Virus record (IMG/VR): IMGVR_UViG_3300032279_000442
Location: 1-45,069 of that record
Source: a virus
Lineage: Duplodnaviria > Caudoviricetes
Strand: one strand, 5' to 3'
Length of the DNA: 45,069 nucleotides
This document shows, one piece after another, positions 16,966 to 27,664 of this stretch. Both the position numbers and the translations under genes were made by a program. How positions within the stretch are numbered: position 1 is the first letter of the stretch; each line of letters opens with the position of its first letter. A model generated the notes under the pieces. It saw only the letters and a program-made list of their open reading frames with translations, was not told where the DNA came from and made no database searches.

Positions 16966-18899
16966 AGCAACAATACAAAGGCTCCTACCTCTTCAATGTC
17001 GCCACGCGCACGATTACGCTGGCGGGTATCGAGCTTTCCCAGGATCGCTTGGCGCTGATCGTCAATTCGACGGTCGGGTTTATTTATCACAACCTTGAAC
17101 ACGAGCCGACGGCCCAAGTCACGATCTCCGGCGGCAACACGATCATTGTTTTCCCCCAATACAAAGATTGCGAGACGCACCGTGATTCCGACGCGCTTTC
17201 GATTTTTTACGACGATGGCATTGATCTCGGGCAACTCATCAAGGACGAGTCGGACGAGACGCAGGCGTTGTTGCAGACAGAGTTCGACGAAACGCAAACA
17301 GCGATTTCCAATTTTCGCACGGAGGTAAAAGCCGAGAGTGACGAGACGCAAGCCTTGTTGCAGGCCGAGTTTGACGAGACCCAAGCGGCGATCGTTAGCC
17401 CCACGGGCGGAATTTTGTCCGCTGTCGGATACGACGCCATCGACTCGTTCAATGGCGACTACGCAATTTATCAAGGCGGTTTAGATAAGGGCGGAGTCCT
17501 CAACATCGTCGGCGGCGTAATAACGGTTGTCAATCCAGGCAACGGGTATTCCGCAGGATTTGCTAATTCGGTCGGGGGGACGCGGTTTGTTGTAGAAATC
17601 GACCCCTCTGCTTTCCGCATGAAGGTTAAAGCGGAGTTCGACCAGACGCAGACTTTACTCCAAAACGAGTTCGACGAAACGCAGACCGCGATTTCAGGCT
17701 TTCGCACCGAGGTCAAAGCGGAGTCCGACGAAACCCAGTCGCTCCTTAACGCAGAGTTTAACGAGACGCAGACGGCGATTTCAGGCTTTCGCACCGAGGT
17801 CAAAGCGGAGAGCGATGCGACACAGACGCTCCTTCAAACGGAGTTCGACCAAACGCAAACAGCGATTTCAGGCTTTCGCACCGAGGTCAAAGCCGAGAGC
17901 GATGCGACACAGGCCCTTCTCAACTTAAAGCTCGCAGGGCTGATTAACGGGTTCCTAGGGATCGAGCATATCGTCAAGTATTCGGCGGAAAACGGGGTTG
18001 AGATTGATTTCACTCCTGGCGGATACGGCCCGTCGCAGATTGTATTTTCAAAGGGCGGCGGCGTTACGATGACAATTTTTTTGCACTATGACAACGAAGG
18101 GCATTTAATTCTAGTCACTTCTCAGTATTGGACCCCCTCTCTACTCGACACCCGTGCTATTTGGTTAGATGCAAGTGATCTAACTTCAATAGTGACTTCA
18201 GGTCAGTATGTCACTCGGTGGAACAGCCAACTCGATTCTACTTGGAGTGCTCGTCCTTTTGACAATTCTCCTACTACTGACAGCCGCCCGAAGTCTGGTT
18301 TATCTACTATAAACGGGCTTAACGCGATCGCTTTTGACGCGGTGGACGATGACCTTTTGACCTACAAAAACGGAATCCGTCGAGCTTTGGCTGATGTGGA
18401 CCAAGGGGCTCAATACTCTAAGGAAGCCGTTTTTATCGTGGCGCGACGGAACGCGGCCTCCAAAAGCCGGTGGCTTTCCGCGGGGGTTTCAGGAAATCGA
18501 ACTTTTGGAACTTTCTTTACAGACCTAGGGGTCAACCGAATGATTCTGGATATTGGCCTTAATAGGGTTGACTATTATTACCCCGCCGCATTCCCGGCTG
18601 TGGGGATGTTTTCTTTTTTCGCCGATTCGACCGCACCAAGTTCTGAGCTTTTTTTTAATGGCACTCGGGTTTCTTTAGATACAACTCCTTTTGATATGTT
18701 TGCAGGCCGACAAGACGGAGTTGGCGGGACGACTATTGGGCCAGGGTCGGGTGACGATTTTGGCGAGGTTTTAGTTCTTCGCGAGGTCCCTGATAGGACC
18801 ACTCGGCAAAAGATCGAGGGGTATCTGGCTCATAAGTGGGGGCTTGTGAGCGGTCTTCCTGCGGGGCACCCGCACAAATTTGCCCCGCCTGGAGTTTAG
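16962..18899 (+). CDS. Coiled-coil repeat fibre protein with C-terminal lectin/LamG-like domain
   Basis: 29-aa repeats [29 protein letters not shown]; C-terminal WLDASD...[11 protein letters not shown]...LPAGHP. Confidence 0.7.
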   Translation: MKQQYKGSYLFNVATRTITLAGIELSQDRLALIVNSTVGFIYHNLEHEPTAQVTISGGNTIIVFPQYKDCETHRDSDALSIFYDDGIDLGQLIKDESDETQALLQTEFDETQTAISNFRTEVKAESDETQALLQAEFDETQAAIVSPTGGILSAVGYDAIDSFNGDYAIYQGGLDKGGVLNIVGGVITVVNPGNGYSAGFANSVGGTRFVVEIDPSAFRMKVKAEFDQTQTLLQNEFDETQTAISGFRTEVKAESDETQSLLNAEFNETQTAISGFRTEVKAESDATQTLLQTEFDQTQTAISGFRTEVKAESDATQALLNLKLAGLINGFLGIEHIVKYSAENGVEIDFTPGGYGPSQIVFSKGGGVTMTIFLHYDNEGHLILVTSQYWTPSLLDTRAIWLDASDLTSIVTSGQYVTRWNSQLDSTWSARPFDNSPTTDSRPKSGLSTINGLNAIAFDAVDDDLLTYKNGIRRALADVDQGAQYSKEAVFIVARRNAASKSRWLSAGVSGNRTFGTFFTDLGVNRMILDIGLNRVDYYYPAAFPAVGMFSFFADSTAPSSELFFNGTRVSLDTTPFDMFAGRQDGVGGTTIGPGSGDDFGEVLVLREVPDRTTRQKIEGYLAHKWGLVSGLPAGHPHKFAPPGV

Positions 18900-18940
18900 A
18901 CTTGCTTTTTCTAGCAAATAATGTAATAACCACATAACCC

Positions 18941-19981
18941 GTGAAGCAACAATACAAAGGCTCCTACCTCTTCAATGTCGCCACGCGGACCATCACGATG
19001 CAAGGCATCGAGGTGCCGCCGGAGCGGGTGTTGCTAGTGGTTAATTCCACGGTCGGTTTCGTTTACCATAATTTCGCAATCGAGCCGAATGGTGACATTT
19101 CGATTTCTGGCGGCAACACGGTCATTGTTTTTCCCCCTTACAAAGATTGCGACACTCATCGCAACACCGATGACCTCTCGATTTTTTACGACGACGGCGT
19201 TGACCTGGGGAAGCTCATCAAAGACGAGTCGGACGAGACGCAGGCGTTGTTGCAGGCGGAGTTCGACGAGACGCAAACAGCGATTTCCAATTTTCGCACG
19301 GAGGTAAAAGCCGAGAGTGACGAGACGCAAGCCTTGTTGCAGGCCGAGTTTGACGAGACCCAGGCGGCGATCGTTGATTTTCGGACGGAGGTTAAAGCGG
19401 AATTCGACGCGACACAGACGCTCCTTCAATCCGAGTTTGACCAGACGCAGGCACTCATTCCCCCGTTTGAAGCAGAGGTCAAAGCGGAGTTCGACGAGAC
19501 GCAAACTTTGTTGCAGACAGAGTTCGACGAGACGCAAACGGCAATTACTAATTTCCGCACGGAAGTAAAATCGGAAAGCGACGCAACGCAGGCGTTGTTG
19601 CAGACAGAGTTCGACCAAACGCAAACAGCGATTGTTGACTTCCGCACGGAAGTAAAATCGGAAAGCGACGAAACGCAGGCGTTGTTGCAGACAGAGTTCG
19701 ACCAAACGCAAACAGCGATTGTTGATTTCCGCACCGAGGTAAAAGCTGAAAGTGACGCAACGCAGACGATTCTCACGACCAAGCTCCCTGACCTTGTGAA
19801 CGGGCGCATCCCCGTGGAGACGATTGGAGCTTTCGATGCAACCAACGGCGTCTCGATCGCGATGGACCACGGAGCCTTTGGCCCCACCCAAGCGAGGTTT
19901 TCTCGCAATGGAGTGGTCGTTAAGACCTTGAACTTGATTTACGACCTTAACGGAAACTTAACTTCCGTGCTTCCAGCATGA
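18941..19981 (+). CDS. Paralog of the preceding coiled-coil repeat protein, without the lectin-like domain
   Basis: Same N-terminus [19 protein letters not shown] and the same 29-aa repeats. Confidence 0.75.
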   Translation: MKQQYKGSYLFNVATRTITMQGIEVPPERVLLVVNSTVGFVYHNFAIEPNGDISISGGNTVIVFPPYKDCDTHRNTDDLSIFYDDGVDLGKLIKDESDETQALLQAEFDETQTAISNFRTEVKAESDETQALLQAEFDETQAAIVDFRTEVKAEFDATQTLLQSEFDQTQALIPPFEAEVKAEFDETQTLLQTEFDETQTAITNFRTEVKSESDATQALLQTEFDQTQTAIVDFRTEVKSESDETQALLQTEFDQTQTAIVDFRTEVKAESDATQTILTTKLPDLVNGRIPVETIGAFDATNGVSIAMDHGAFGPTQARFSRNGVVVKTLNLIYDLNGNLTSVLPA

Positions 19982-22644
19982 GATTTTTATTTAACCCCAT
20001 CACATCGGAGTTCAATTCGGCTCCCCCTAGGGAAATCATTTACTCCGACACCGCCCCTGCGTTTCCAATCGAAGGCACCCGCTGGGTGAACACGCTGGAG
20101 ATTCGCGAGTATGTTTTTACTTTTGATGCCAGTGGCTCAGGGTATTGGGTGGAGGTCGGAATCGGATCGACCGGCCCCCAGGGCGAGACGGGCGAGCAGG
20201 GCATTCAAGGAATCCAAGGAATCCAAGGCATTCAGGGCGTGCAGGGCCCCGCCGCAACGGTAGCCGTCGGCACCGTGACGACTGGTGATGCAGGAACGAG
20301 CGTTTCGGTCTCGAACGCGGGAACAAGCGGAGCCGCAGTTTTGAATTTTACAATCCCTAGGGGCGCAGTCGGTCAAACCGGTGCAGTCGGCCCCCAGGGG
20401 CCACAGGGCATTCAGGGTGTAAAGGGCGACACTGGAAACGCAGGACTTCAAGGCATCCAGGGGCTTACAGGCCCCGCAGGCCCCGTTGGAGCAGTCGGCC
20501 CCGCAGGAACGGCAGCAAGCGTCTCGGTCGGAACGACGACGACTAGCGCGGCTGGGACGAACGCAGCGGTAACAAACTCAGGGACTACTTCGGCAGCGGT
20601 TTTGAATTTCACAGTCCCTCGCGGAGCGACGGGTGTAGCAGGGCCTACTGGGCCGCAAGGTCCCGCAGGAACCAGCGTGGTCTTAAAGGGGTCTGTTGCT
20701 CAAGTTGCCAACCTGCCAACTACGGGAAACACGGCAGGCGATCTTTATGTCGTCACCGCGACCGGCGACGGGTATGTGTGGAGCGGGTCTTCTTGGAGCG
20801 ATGTCGGCCCGATTCGTGGGCCCGCTGGCCCTGCTGGATCGACCGGCGCGACAGGTCCCGCGGGAACGGCGGCAAGCGTTTCGGTCGGCACAACGACGAC
20901 TGGCGCGGCGGGGACGAACGCGGCGGTAACAAACTCAGGGACTACTTCGGCAGCGGTTTTGAATTTCACAGTCCCTCGCGGAGCGACGGGGGCTAACGGC
21001 GCAACCGGCGCAACCGGAGCGGTCGGCCCCCAGGGGCCCCAAGGCATTCAGGGCGTAAAGGGTGACACCGGAGCGCAAGGCCCCGCAGGCCCCGCCCCAG
21101 CGGGAACTGGAGCCGTTGTCGTTAGCAACGGAACTCTCGGAACCCCTGTCGGCTACGGCACCGACAATGTCGCCAGCACACTCGTTCAGCGTGACGCCAG
21201 CGGCAATTTTTCGGCGGGCACGATTACAGCGAATCTCACCGGCAATGTCACGGGGAGCGTAACCGGCGGCGTATCCGGCAACGCAGGCACCGCGACCAAG
21301 CTCGCCACGGCCCGCACCATCAATGTCTCGGGTGATGTCACGGGCACGGCTCAGAGTTTCGACGGCTCGGCAGACATTACGATACCAACGGCGATCGCTG
21401 CAAATTCGATTGTCAATGCCGACATCAATTCTGCGGCGGCAATTTCCGACACAAAGCTCGCGACGATTTCTACCGCAGGGAAAGTCTTGAACTCCGCCAC
21501 CACGGCGACAAGCGCAAATACAAATTTCGCGATCGTGGCACGGGACGCCAATGGCAATTTCTCCGCGAATCAAATCACCGCGAGTCTCACGGGCACCGTG
21601 ACCGGCAACGCCACGAATGTTTCTGGGACTGTAGCGGTCGCCAACGGCGGCACGGGATCGACCACAGCGGCAGGCGCTTTGACTAGTCTCGGAGCGGCAG
21701 CAGCCACTCACTTTCACGACGACCGGTATTACACCGAGACGGAAACCAATAACTTGCTTGCGGGCAAGCAAAATAGTTTAGGTTTTACGCCAGTGCAGCA
21801 AGGAGGAGGGGCAAATCAAAGCACAAATAAACTTTACATTGGCTGGTCCGGCTCTCAGTTGCGCTTGCAGATCGACACTACCGATTTCGGCCCAAACTGG
21901 CCGATAAATGCCTCGAATGTTTCTGGAACGGTAGCGATCGCCAACGGCGGCACGGGATCGACCACAGTGGCAGGCGCTTTGACTAATCTCGGAGCGGCGG
22001 CGGCTACTCACTTTCACAACGCCTCGGCGATTAACGCTGGCACTCTGGATAACGCAAGGCTCCCCGCAAGGCTCCAAGCCACGGCTCAGACGATTACCGA
22101 CTGGGATAACGCTTTGGAGAATGGTTGGTTTCAAGGAAACCAAGCCGCCAATGCGCCAGAAGGAGTTCTTGACTGGTGGCTTGGGTATGTGGAAGCGCAT
22201 TTCCATAATCGTTGGCTAACGCAGACAGTTCACCGTTTCACCGCAGACGCCCCGACCAACACTCAGATATGGCGGAGGAGTTCTTCTGACAATGGCACCG
22301 CAAGAGTTTGGGGCGCTTGGTATAAGCTCCAGCTATCTCAAGCAGAGCAAGACGCTCGATACCTGTCTGCTTGGGTCTCAAAGACCTCTGCTTACACAGC
22401 CGTTTCTGGTGATCGCATCAGCGCCAACACTACATCAGCCGCATTCATTCTTACGCTGCCCGCCAATCCCTCGCAGTTCGCGGAGGTAGTCATTGTAGAT
22501 CATTACAAAAGTTGGGGCATAAAGAACCTAACCATCGCTCGCAATAACAAAACCATTGAAGGACTGGCGGAGAACCTAGTGTGCGATGTAGCGGGGCTAC
22601 AAATCACCCTGCGATATGAAGGAACAACTTGGAGAGTGTATTAA
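19978..22644 (+). CDS. Tail fibre protein with collagen segments
   Basis: Gly-X-Y blocks, three VGTxTT...AVLNFTxPRG modules, RDASGNFSAGTITA, ATKLATARTI, GFTPVQQGGG, GGTG repeats. Confidence 0.8.
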   Translation: MRFLFNPITSEFNSAPPREIIYSDTAPAFPIEGTRWVNTLEIREYVFTFDASGSGYWVEVGIGSTGPQGETGEQGIQGIQGIQGIQGVQGPAATVAVGTVTTGDAGTSVSVSNAGTSGAAVLNFTIPRGAVGQTGAVGPQGPQGIQGVKGDTGNAGLQGIQGLTGPAGPVGAVGPAGTAASVSVGTTTTSAAGTNAAVTNSGTTSAAVLNFTVPRGATGVAGPTGPQGPAGTSVVLKGSVAQVANLPTTGNTAGDLYVVTATGDGYVWSGSSWSDVGPIRGPAGPAGSTGATGPAGTAASVSVGTTTTGAAGTNAAVTNSGTTSAAVLNFTVPRGATGANGATGATGAVGPQGPQGIQGVKGDTGAQGPAGPAPAGTGAVVVSNGTLGTPVGYGTDNVASTLVQRDASGNFSAGTITANLTGNVTGSVTGGVSGNAGTATKLATARTINVSGDVTGTAQSFDGSADITIPTAIAANSIVNADINSAAAISDTKLATISTAGKVLNSATTATSANTNFAIVARDANGNFSANQITASLTGTVTGNATNVSGTVAVANGGTGSTTAAGALTSLGAAAATHFHDDRYYTETETNNLLAGKQNSLGFTPVQQGGGANQSTNKLYIGWSGSQLRLQIDTTDFGPNWPINASNVSGTVAIANGGTGSTTVAGALTNLGAAAATHFHNASAINAGTLDNARLPARLQATAQTITDWDNALENGWFQGNQAANAPEGVLDWWLGYVEAHFHNRWLTQTVHRFTADAPTNTQIWRRSSSDNGTARVWGAWYKLQLSQAEQDARYLSAWVSKTSAYTAVSGDRISANTTSAAFILTLPANPSQFAEVVIVDHYKSWGIKNLTIARNNKTIEGLAENLVCDVAGLQITLRYEGTTWRVY

Positions 22645-22646
22645 AA

Positions 22647-23138
22647 ATGAATCTTAGCTCAATAGTCACAGCCGCAGACGGGGTAGCAAAACTAGAACTT
22701 AACACAGCCTCGGGGGTAAATGGCCCATTGTATATTGCAAACACATGGAACGATATTTGTTTTAATAATAAAGTTTGCGATAGCGACAGTATTGTAAATT
22801 TATTAGTTGACGGAAGTTTTGAAGTAACCCCTGGCGTCTATGTTGTCAAAGTCCAATTTTCACCAGGACAGTTGGTCGGATCGTCAAGCAATATGTATTT
22901 TAACGCCCGACTTTCTTCAATAGTTGGAAGTTCTTTATTAAAGTGGCCGACAGGAGTTATTTCTCAAACCGGAACGATATTGGATCATGGGAAATTAGAT
23001 GGTGTTATTCACTTAACACAAAGAACACAAATGAATCTTGAAATTTTCACTAATGTTAATAGGACTCATCAAGCTATTTTGGCCGATGGGGTGAGTAATG
23101 TGTGGTGGTCTATTGACTTAGTAAGATTAAAAAAGTAA
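22647..23138 (+). CDS. Hypothetical beta-rich fibre-associated protein (AT-rich gene)
   Basis: ORF between fibre genes with visibly lower GC. Confidence 0.6.
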   Translation: MNLSSIVTAADGVAKLELNTASGVNGPLYIANTWNDICFNNKVCDSDSIVNLLVDGSFEVTPGVYVVKVQFSPGQLVGSSSNMYFNARLSSIVGSSLLKWPTGVISQTGTILDHGKLDGVIHLTQRTQMNLEIFTNVNRTHQAILADGVSNVWWSIDLVRLKK

Positions 23139-23480
23139 ATGCTCACTTTTCCCACAAGCCCGCAACTTGGCGATACTGTTCAACTCGTAGATCGCGTCTA
23201 CCAGTGGAACGGCGCGGTGTGGCGGTCGATCCCTGTGACGGGAGCGCAAGGCCCTCCAGGGGCCCCAGGACCCGCCGGTCCCGCAGGCCCAGCCGGTCCC
23301 CAGGGGCAGCGAGGCGAGGCCGGACCCTCCGGTCCAGTTGGCCCCGCCGGTCCCGCTGGGGCGAGTGGCGCGAAAGGCGATCAGGGCATCCCTGGCCCCG
23401 CCCCTTCAGGCACCGGCTTTGTGTATGTGGAGAGTGGCGTGGCCTCCTCCACTTTGGCCTTTGATGCCGGAACTTTTTGA
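23139..23480 (+). CDS. Short collagen-like protein
   Basis: FPTSP...YQWNGAVW, then Gly-X-Y repeats, ending DAGTF. Confidence 0.8.
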   Translation: MLTFPTSPQLGDTVQLVDRVYQWNGAVWRSIPVTGAQGPPGAPGPAGPAGPAGPQGQRGEAGPSGPVGPAGPAGASGAKGDQGIPGPAPSGTGFVYVESGVASSTLAFDAGTF

Positions 23481-23546
23481 CTTTTCCCAGAACCAGCAGT
23501 AATAACCAAATAACAACAACAGTCAGTAATAACCAATAAAAAAACT

Positions 23547-24578
23547 ATGGCTAATCCAAACCTCAAAGTAGTTCGCCGCCGCCTCACTGGCGCGGCAGGT
23601 GCCCCTTCCAACATGGAAGCGGGACAAATCGCAATTAACTCCGTTGATGAAAAAGTTTACATCCACAACGGCACTTCCGCAATCGCCGTGGCGGGTAAAG
23701 GCGAGTTCGTGGACAAAAGCTCCGAGCAATCGGTGACAGGTAAGAAGAACTTCACCACCGCCACCGTTTCGACGGCCCCTTCCGGCACGACCGATGTTGT
23801 TCGTAAGACCGACCTCGACACCGAAGTCATTGCACTTCAGGGTGCCATCACGACTGAGGCTGGAACTCGCGCAGCGGCAGACACCGCGCTTGGTCTCCGA
23901 ATCGACGCCCTAGGGAGCGCCTTCAACTATGTTGGCACCGTCTCCGGTGGAGCCAGCATCGGAGCAGCGACAAACCTCGCCTCACTCACCCAAAAAGACG
24001 CGGGCGACTACTACAAAGTGGCTGCTGCGGGTCACTTCGTTCTAGCTCCCGCTGCTGCGTTCTACGCCAATGCCAATGATGGGCTTGTTTTCAACCTCGC
24101 TAGTGGTGTGGATTTGATCGACAATACGAACTCCTCAGTTTCCGGCACCGCCAATCAGATTGCCGTAACTGGTTCTGCGGACACTGGCTTCACCGTTGCG
24201 CTCGACGCCGTTTTCTCAGGTCGCATGACGACCGCCGAAAGCGACATTGATGCTCTTGAAGGCCGCGCCACTACCGCAGAGAGCGGCATCACCGCCCTTC
24301 AAGGTCGCATGACGACTGCCGAAAACGACATCAATGCCCTTGAAGGCACCGTCGCAGCCCTCGGCACGATGGCGAACCAGAACGCGAACGCGGTGGCGAT
24401 TACGGGTGGCACTATCGACGGAACGACCATTGGCGGCACCACTGCTGCTGCTGGTTCGTTCACAACTCTGTCGGTGTCTTCGACTGCTTCGCTTGCGGGA
24501 GCCAGCTTTACTGGCAACCTCGTCGGCAATGGCACGAGCCAGATCACCGATTTTGTGATTGATGCCGGAACATTCTAG
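23547..24578 (+). CDS. Fibre-like virion protein with a coiled-coil segment
   Basis: GAPSNMEAGQIAIN...KVYI N-terminus, three RxTTAExxIxALxG repeats, AVAITGGTIDGTTIG, ending IDAGTF. Confidence 0.75.
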   Translation: MANPNLKVVRRRLTGAAGAPSNMEAGQIAINSVDEKVYIHNGTSAIAVAGKGEFVDKSSEQSVTGKKNFTTATVSTAPSGTTDVVRKTDLDTEVIALQGAITTEAGTRAAADTALGLRIDALGSAFNYVGTVSGGASIGAATNLASLTQKDAGDYYKVAAAGHFVLAPAAAFYANANDGLVFNLASGVDLIDNTNSSVSGTANQIAVTGSADTGFTVALDAVFSGRMTTAESDIDALEGRATTAESGITALQGRMTTAENDINALEGTVAALGTMANQNANAVAITGGTIDGTTIGGTTAAAGSFTTLSVSSTASLAGASFTGNLVGNGTSQITDFVIDAGTF

Positions 24579-24584
24579 TTCGTA

Positions 24585-25517
24585 ATGGCGAATAGAATCT
24601 CGGTTCTAAAAAGTGAGGCTGTGGGGGTCATCCCCACAGCTTCCGCCATGGCGGTAGGAGAAATAGCCGTAAACTACGCTGACAAAAAGATATACGGAAA
24701 GCATCCTGGTAGTGACGCGGTGGTTCAGATCGCGGCATCGGCAATTCACAAATCAACTCATGCTACAGGCGGCACGGATGCGCTCACGCCTGCTGATATT
24801 GGGGCGGCAACTGCCGCGCAGGGAACTAAGGCCGACTCCGCTCTGCAAAGTGGCGCGGCTATTGCAAACATTTCTGGGCTGCAAACTGCTTTGGACGGCA
24901 AGCAGGCGTCCGGCTCTTACGCCACACTCGTCGAGGGGTTGGTGCCCTCCTCGCAGCTTCCGAGCTATGTGGACGACGTGTTGGAATTTGCCGCTCTTGC
25001 TAATTTTCCCGAGACTGGGGAGACAGGCAAAATCTATGTGGCGAGCAGTGCAAACAAAGTTTACAGATGGTCTGGCTCTATCTATGTCGAAATGGTCGGC
25101 TCGCCAGGCTCCACCGACTCGGTGACAGAAGGTAGCACGAATCTCTATTTCACGGCGGCAAGAGCGGTCTCGGCATTGGCATCCACTCTCTCATCTTACG
25201 CTACGCAAGCGTGGGTCTCTGCCCAAAGCTACGCGACCACATCCAGCGTGACGTCGGCAATTTCTGCGCTTGTCACGGGGGTTTCTTCGGTGGCTGGCAA
25301 AACAGGCGCGGTGACTCTTACCAAAAGCGATGTCAGCTTAGGAAATTGTGACAATACAGCGGATTCCGCCAAGCCAGTTTCTACTGCGACTCAGACCGCG
25401 CTTAATGGGAAGGTAGCCAATGGCGGCGGCGCGGCCACGTTGAGGGTTATTTCTACTGCGGACTATAACGCGCTCGCCTCGCTCGATCCAAACACAGTTT
25501 ACATCATAACGGCATGA
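24585..25517 (+). CDS. Tail fibre-like protein
   Basis: GEIAVNYADKKIY, HKSTHATGGTDALTPADIGA, VPSSQLPSYVDDVLE, EGSTNLYFT, VSSVAGKTGAVTL motifs. Confidence 0.75.
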   Translation: MANRISVLKSEAVGVIPTASAMAVGEIAVNYADKKIYGKHPGSDAVVQIAASAIHKSTHATGGTDALTPADIGAATAAQGTKADSALQSGAAIANISGLQTALDGKQASGSYATLVEGLVPSSQLPSYVDDVLEFAALANFPETGETGKIYVASSANKVYRWSGSIYVEMVGSPGSTDSVTEGSTNLYFTAARAVSALASTLSSYATQAWVSAQSYATTSSVTSAISALVTGVSSVAGKTGAVTLTKSDVSLGNCDNTADSAKPVSTATQTALNGKVANGGGAATLRVISTADYNALASLDPNTVYIITA

Positions 25518-27664
25518 ACCTCAATGACGCTATAGACATACGATGCAGGGGCGGTTTGGCTGCAACTTTAGGCGGGCCAAGGTTAGCTGTTACAAGCTCA
25601 AATGGTGGTATTTATGCTTGGAACGGCTCGGCTTTTGACAGGTATGGCTATGATCAAAGAATTGAGCAAATAGGATCACAGTATGGCGGGGTTCAAAACT
25701 CTTGGGCAATTTTAAATTCGGACGGCGATGGTAATTCAATTCTTATTGAGGTATCCACCACGGGTGGGGATTCGCCTTGGCTCGTGCAATGGCCGAGCGT
25801 CAGCGTAAATGAGTTTCACTATCCTGCGGTCGTGAACATCGAAACAGCAACTTTTTCTATGTTTAATTGTGTTCCTGTATTTGATAGTATTAAGTTTGAT
25901 AGCCCGCGTTTTTCTAGAACCATCAGCGACAGCAAAACCATTATTAAAAATGGCGCAGGCGGATTACGGTTACAATCAAGTTATGCTAATCCTGTCGTAG
26001 TAAATAGTGGCAGCTTGTTTATTTTTGGAGGTTGGAGTGGTTCAAGTGCGAGTGTAAATGGCAGCGCTCTTTTACAAATTAACGTAGTGGCCTCAACATC
26101 CGGTGAGGTGAATGTAAACGACAGCGCAACTTTTACTATTGGGAGTGGGACTTCGAGGTCTGTGATCAATTTAGCTGCAAATGCTGCCCTGAGCATATAC
26201 GGCGGCGGCGGCGTAACTTTTGGCGGCATCACAGGAAGTGGATTTATTTCTGGAATTTTAGGGCTAAATTTAATTCAAGATTGCCTGTTTACTGGCAGGA
26301 TAAATGGGAGATTTATTTTAACAAATACTGATTCGTCAAATACTAACAATTCGCCTCGAATCCTGACGCTCACCAACTCATTAAACTCATCAAGTGGGAC
26401 AACTACTTGGGGAATCGGGGGTGATGCAGCTAATGCGACTAATCGCGGTAATGTGGTGTTGAAATTAGGCGCAAGCGGCGTGATCCCCGATCTCGTTGCC
26501 CTAAGTATTCGCGGGAGCAGTGCTGCCACTGGCAATGGGTCTTACCAAAACATATTCGACATGAATGGTTTCAACGAGATGATCCACAGTCTCGCCAATG
26601 GCGGGGTGACTTCTGGAACAAATCGCGGCCTAGTCATCAACAATGGAGCCACCGACTCTCTCTTAACAGTCTTAATAGACACCAGCAGCGCAACATTTTC
26701 TGGTGACATAAAGGACGGCGCAACTAATAAAATATCGCTTACGAAAAATGGCAGTGGGACTCAGGTTTTGAGTGGGGTCAATACATATTCTGGGGACACG
26801 CGAATCAACGCAGGCATACTACAAAGTGCCAATGCCAGTGCCCTTGGGTCGGGCGGTAACATCACCTTCGGTGGAGGAACCCTTCAATACGCAACAGGCA
26901 TCAACACAGACATCTCTTCCCGCATCAAAAATAGTTCATCCGTGATTCTTGTCAATCAGGGTAGCAACAACGTCACCTTTGCCTCATCCATTGACTCGTC
27001 GAACTCTGGAGGGTTGCTAAAGATCGGAACGGGGTCACTAACGCTATCAGGCTCCAACGCTTTTACGGGGGGCGTGACTATCTCTTCCAACAACAGCGGA
27101 ACATTGATCATCAATAACAATACGGCGTTAGGAACTGGGACTTTAACGCTGGCGCATTCCTCGGCGATCATTAACAGCACTGTATCTGGTATTAGCATTG
27201 CTAATGCGGTCTCTGTAACGGCAAACTTCACTTTCACAGGCACAAACAACCTGACTTTGACTGGCAATGTCGTCCTCACTGGCACCCGTCAAGTCGCCGT
27301 TAGTGCAGGTGTGCTGACAATGAGCGGGGTGATTTCCGGCTCAAATATTACCAAAACAGGGGCCGGAACGCTCACATTTTCAGGCTCCAGCGTCAATACT
27401 TACACGGGGGCGACTGGCATCTCGGCAGGGACTTTGATCACGACGAAATGCACAGGCGCCACTGCTAGTAAGCTCACGCAGGCCGTGTTTACACCCACCG
27501 CTCTCGCGGTCACATTTGGCACGGCTCCGCTGGCAAACGAGACCTACAGATTTTTCCCAGGAACAACGGCTCAAAGCTATGCTTCCGCAGCAATAACATT
27601 GGTCGGGGCACCTGGACGCACAGCAACCTATACTTCAAGCACCTCAACTCTTAGGATTGTATGA
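25514..27664 (+). CDS. Adhesin-like protein with autotransporter-associated beta-strand repeats
   Basis: Three repeats of the type LTKNGSGTQVLSGVNTYSGDTRINAGIL, LLKIGTGSLTLSGSNAFTGG and ITKTGAGTLTFSG...NTYTGAT. Confidence 0.8.
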   Translation: MNLNDAIDIRCRGGLAATLGGPRLAVTSSNGGIYAWNGSAFDRYGYDQRIEQIGSQYGGVQNSWAILNSDGDGNSILIEVSTTGGDSPWLVQWPSVSVNEFHYPAVVNIETATFSMFNCVPVFDSIKFDSPRFSRTISDSKTIIKNGAGGLRLQSSYANPVVVNSGSLFIFGGWSGSSASVNGSALLQINVVASTSGEVNVNDSATFTIGSGTSRSVINLAANAALSIYGGGGVTFGGITGSGFISGILGLNLIQDCLFTGRINGRFILTNTDSSNTNNSPRILTLTNSLNSSSGTTTWGIGGDAANATNRGNVVLKLGASGVIPDLVALSIRGSSAATGNGSYQNIFDMNGFNEMIHSLANGGVTSGTNRGLVINNGATDSLLTVLIDTSSATFSGDIKDGATNKISLTKNGSGTQVLSGVNTYSGDTRINAGILQSANASALGSGGNITFGGGTLQYATGINTDISSRIKNSSSVILVNQGSNNVTFASSIDSSNSGGLLKIGTGSLTLSGSNAFTGGVTISSNNSGTLIINNNTALGTGTLTLAHSSAIINSTVSGISIANAVSVTANFTFTGTNNLTLTGNVVLTGTRQVAVSAGVLTMSGVISGSNITKTGAGTLTFSGSSVNTYTGATGISAGTLITTKCTGATASKLTQAVFTPTALAVTFGTAPLANETYRFFPGTTAQSYASAAITLVGAPGRTATYTSSTSTLRIV

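Noticed and set aside
17240-19770. Regular repeats resembling a CRISPR array
   Set aside because: Repeats are in-frame and protein-coding, with no unique spacers; the Cas4-like domain is a usual phage replication nuclease
19034-19891. Long antisense ORFs over the coiled-coil repeat genes, and others such as 32112-33287, 14434-15342 and 34960-35697
   Set aside because: Shadow ORFs expected from codon bias and repeats; no recognisable motifs or leaders, unlike the same-strand MTase overlap
20500-22018. Direct repeats in the 888-aa fibre gene as possible DGR template/variable repeats
   Set aside because: No reverse transcriptase in the window and both copies are in-frame domain duplications
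24618-24640. 9-bp inverted repeat GCTGTGGGG/CCCCACAGC
   Set aside because: Inside a coding region with no T-tract; no supportable function
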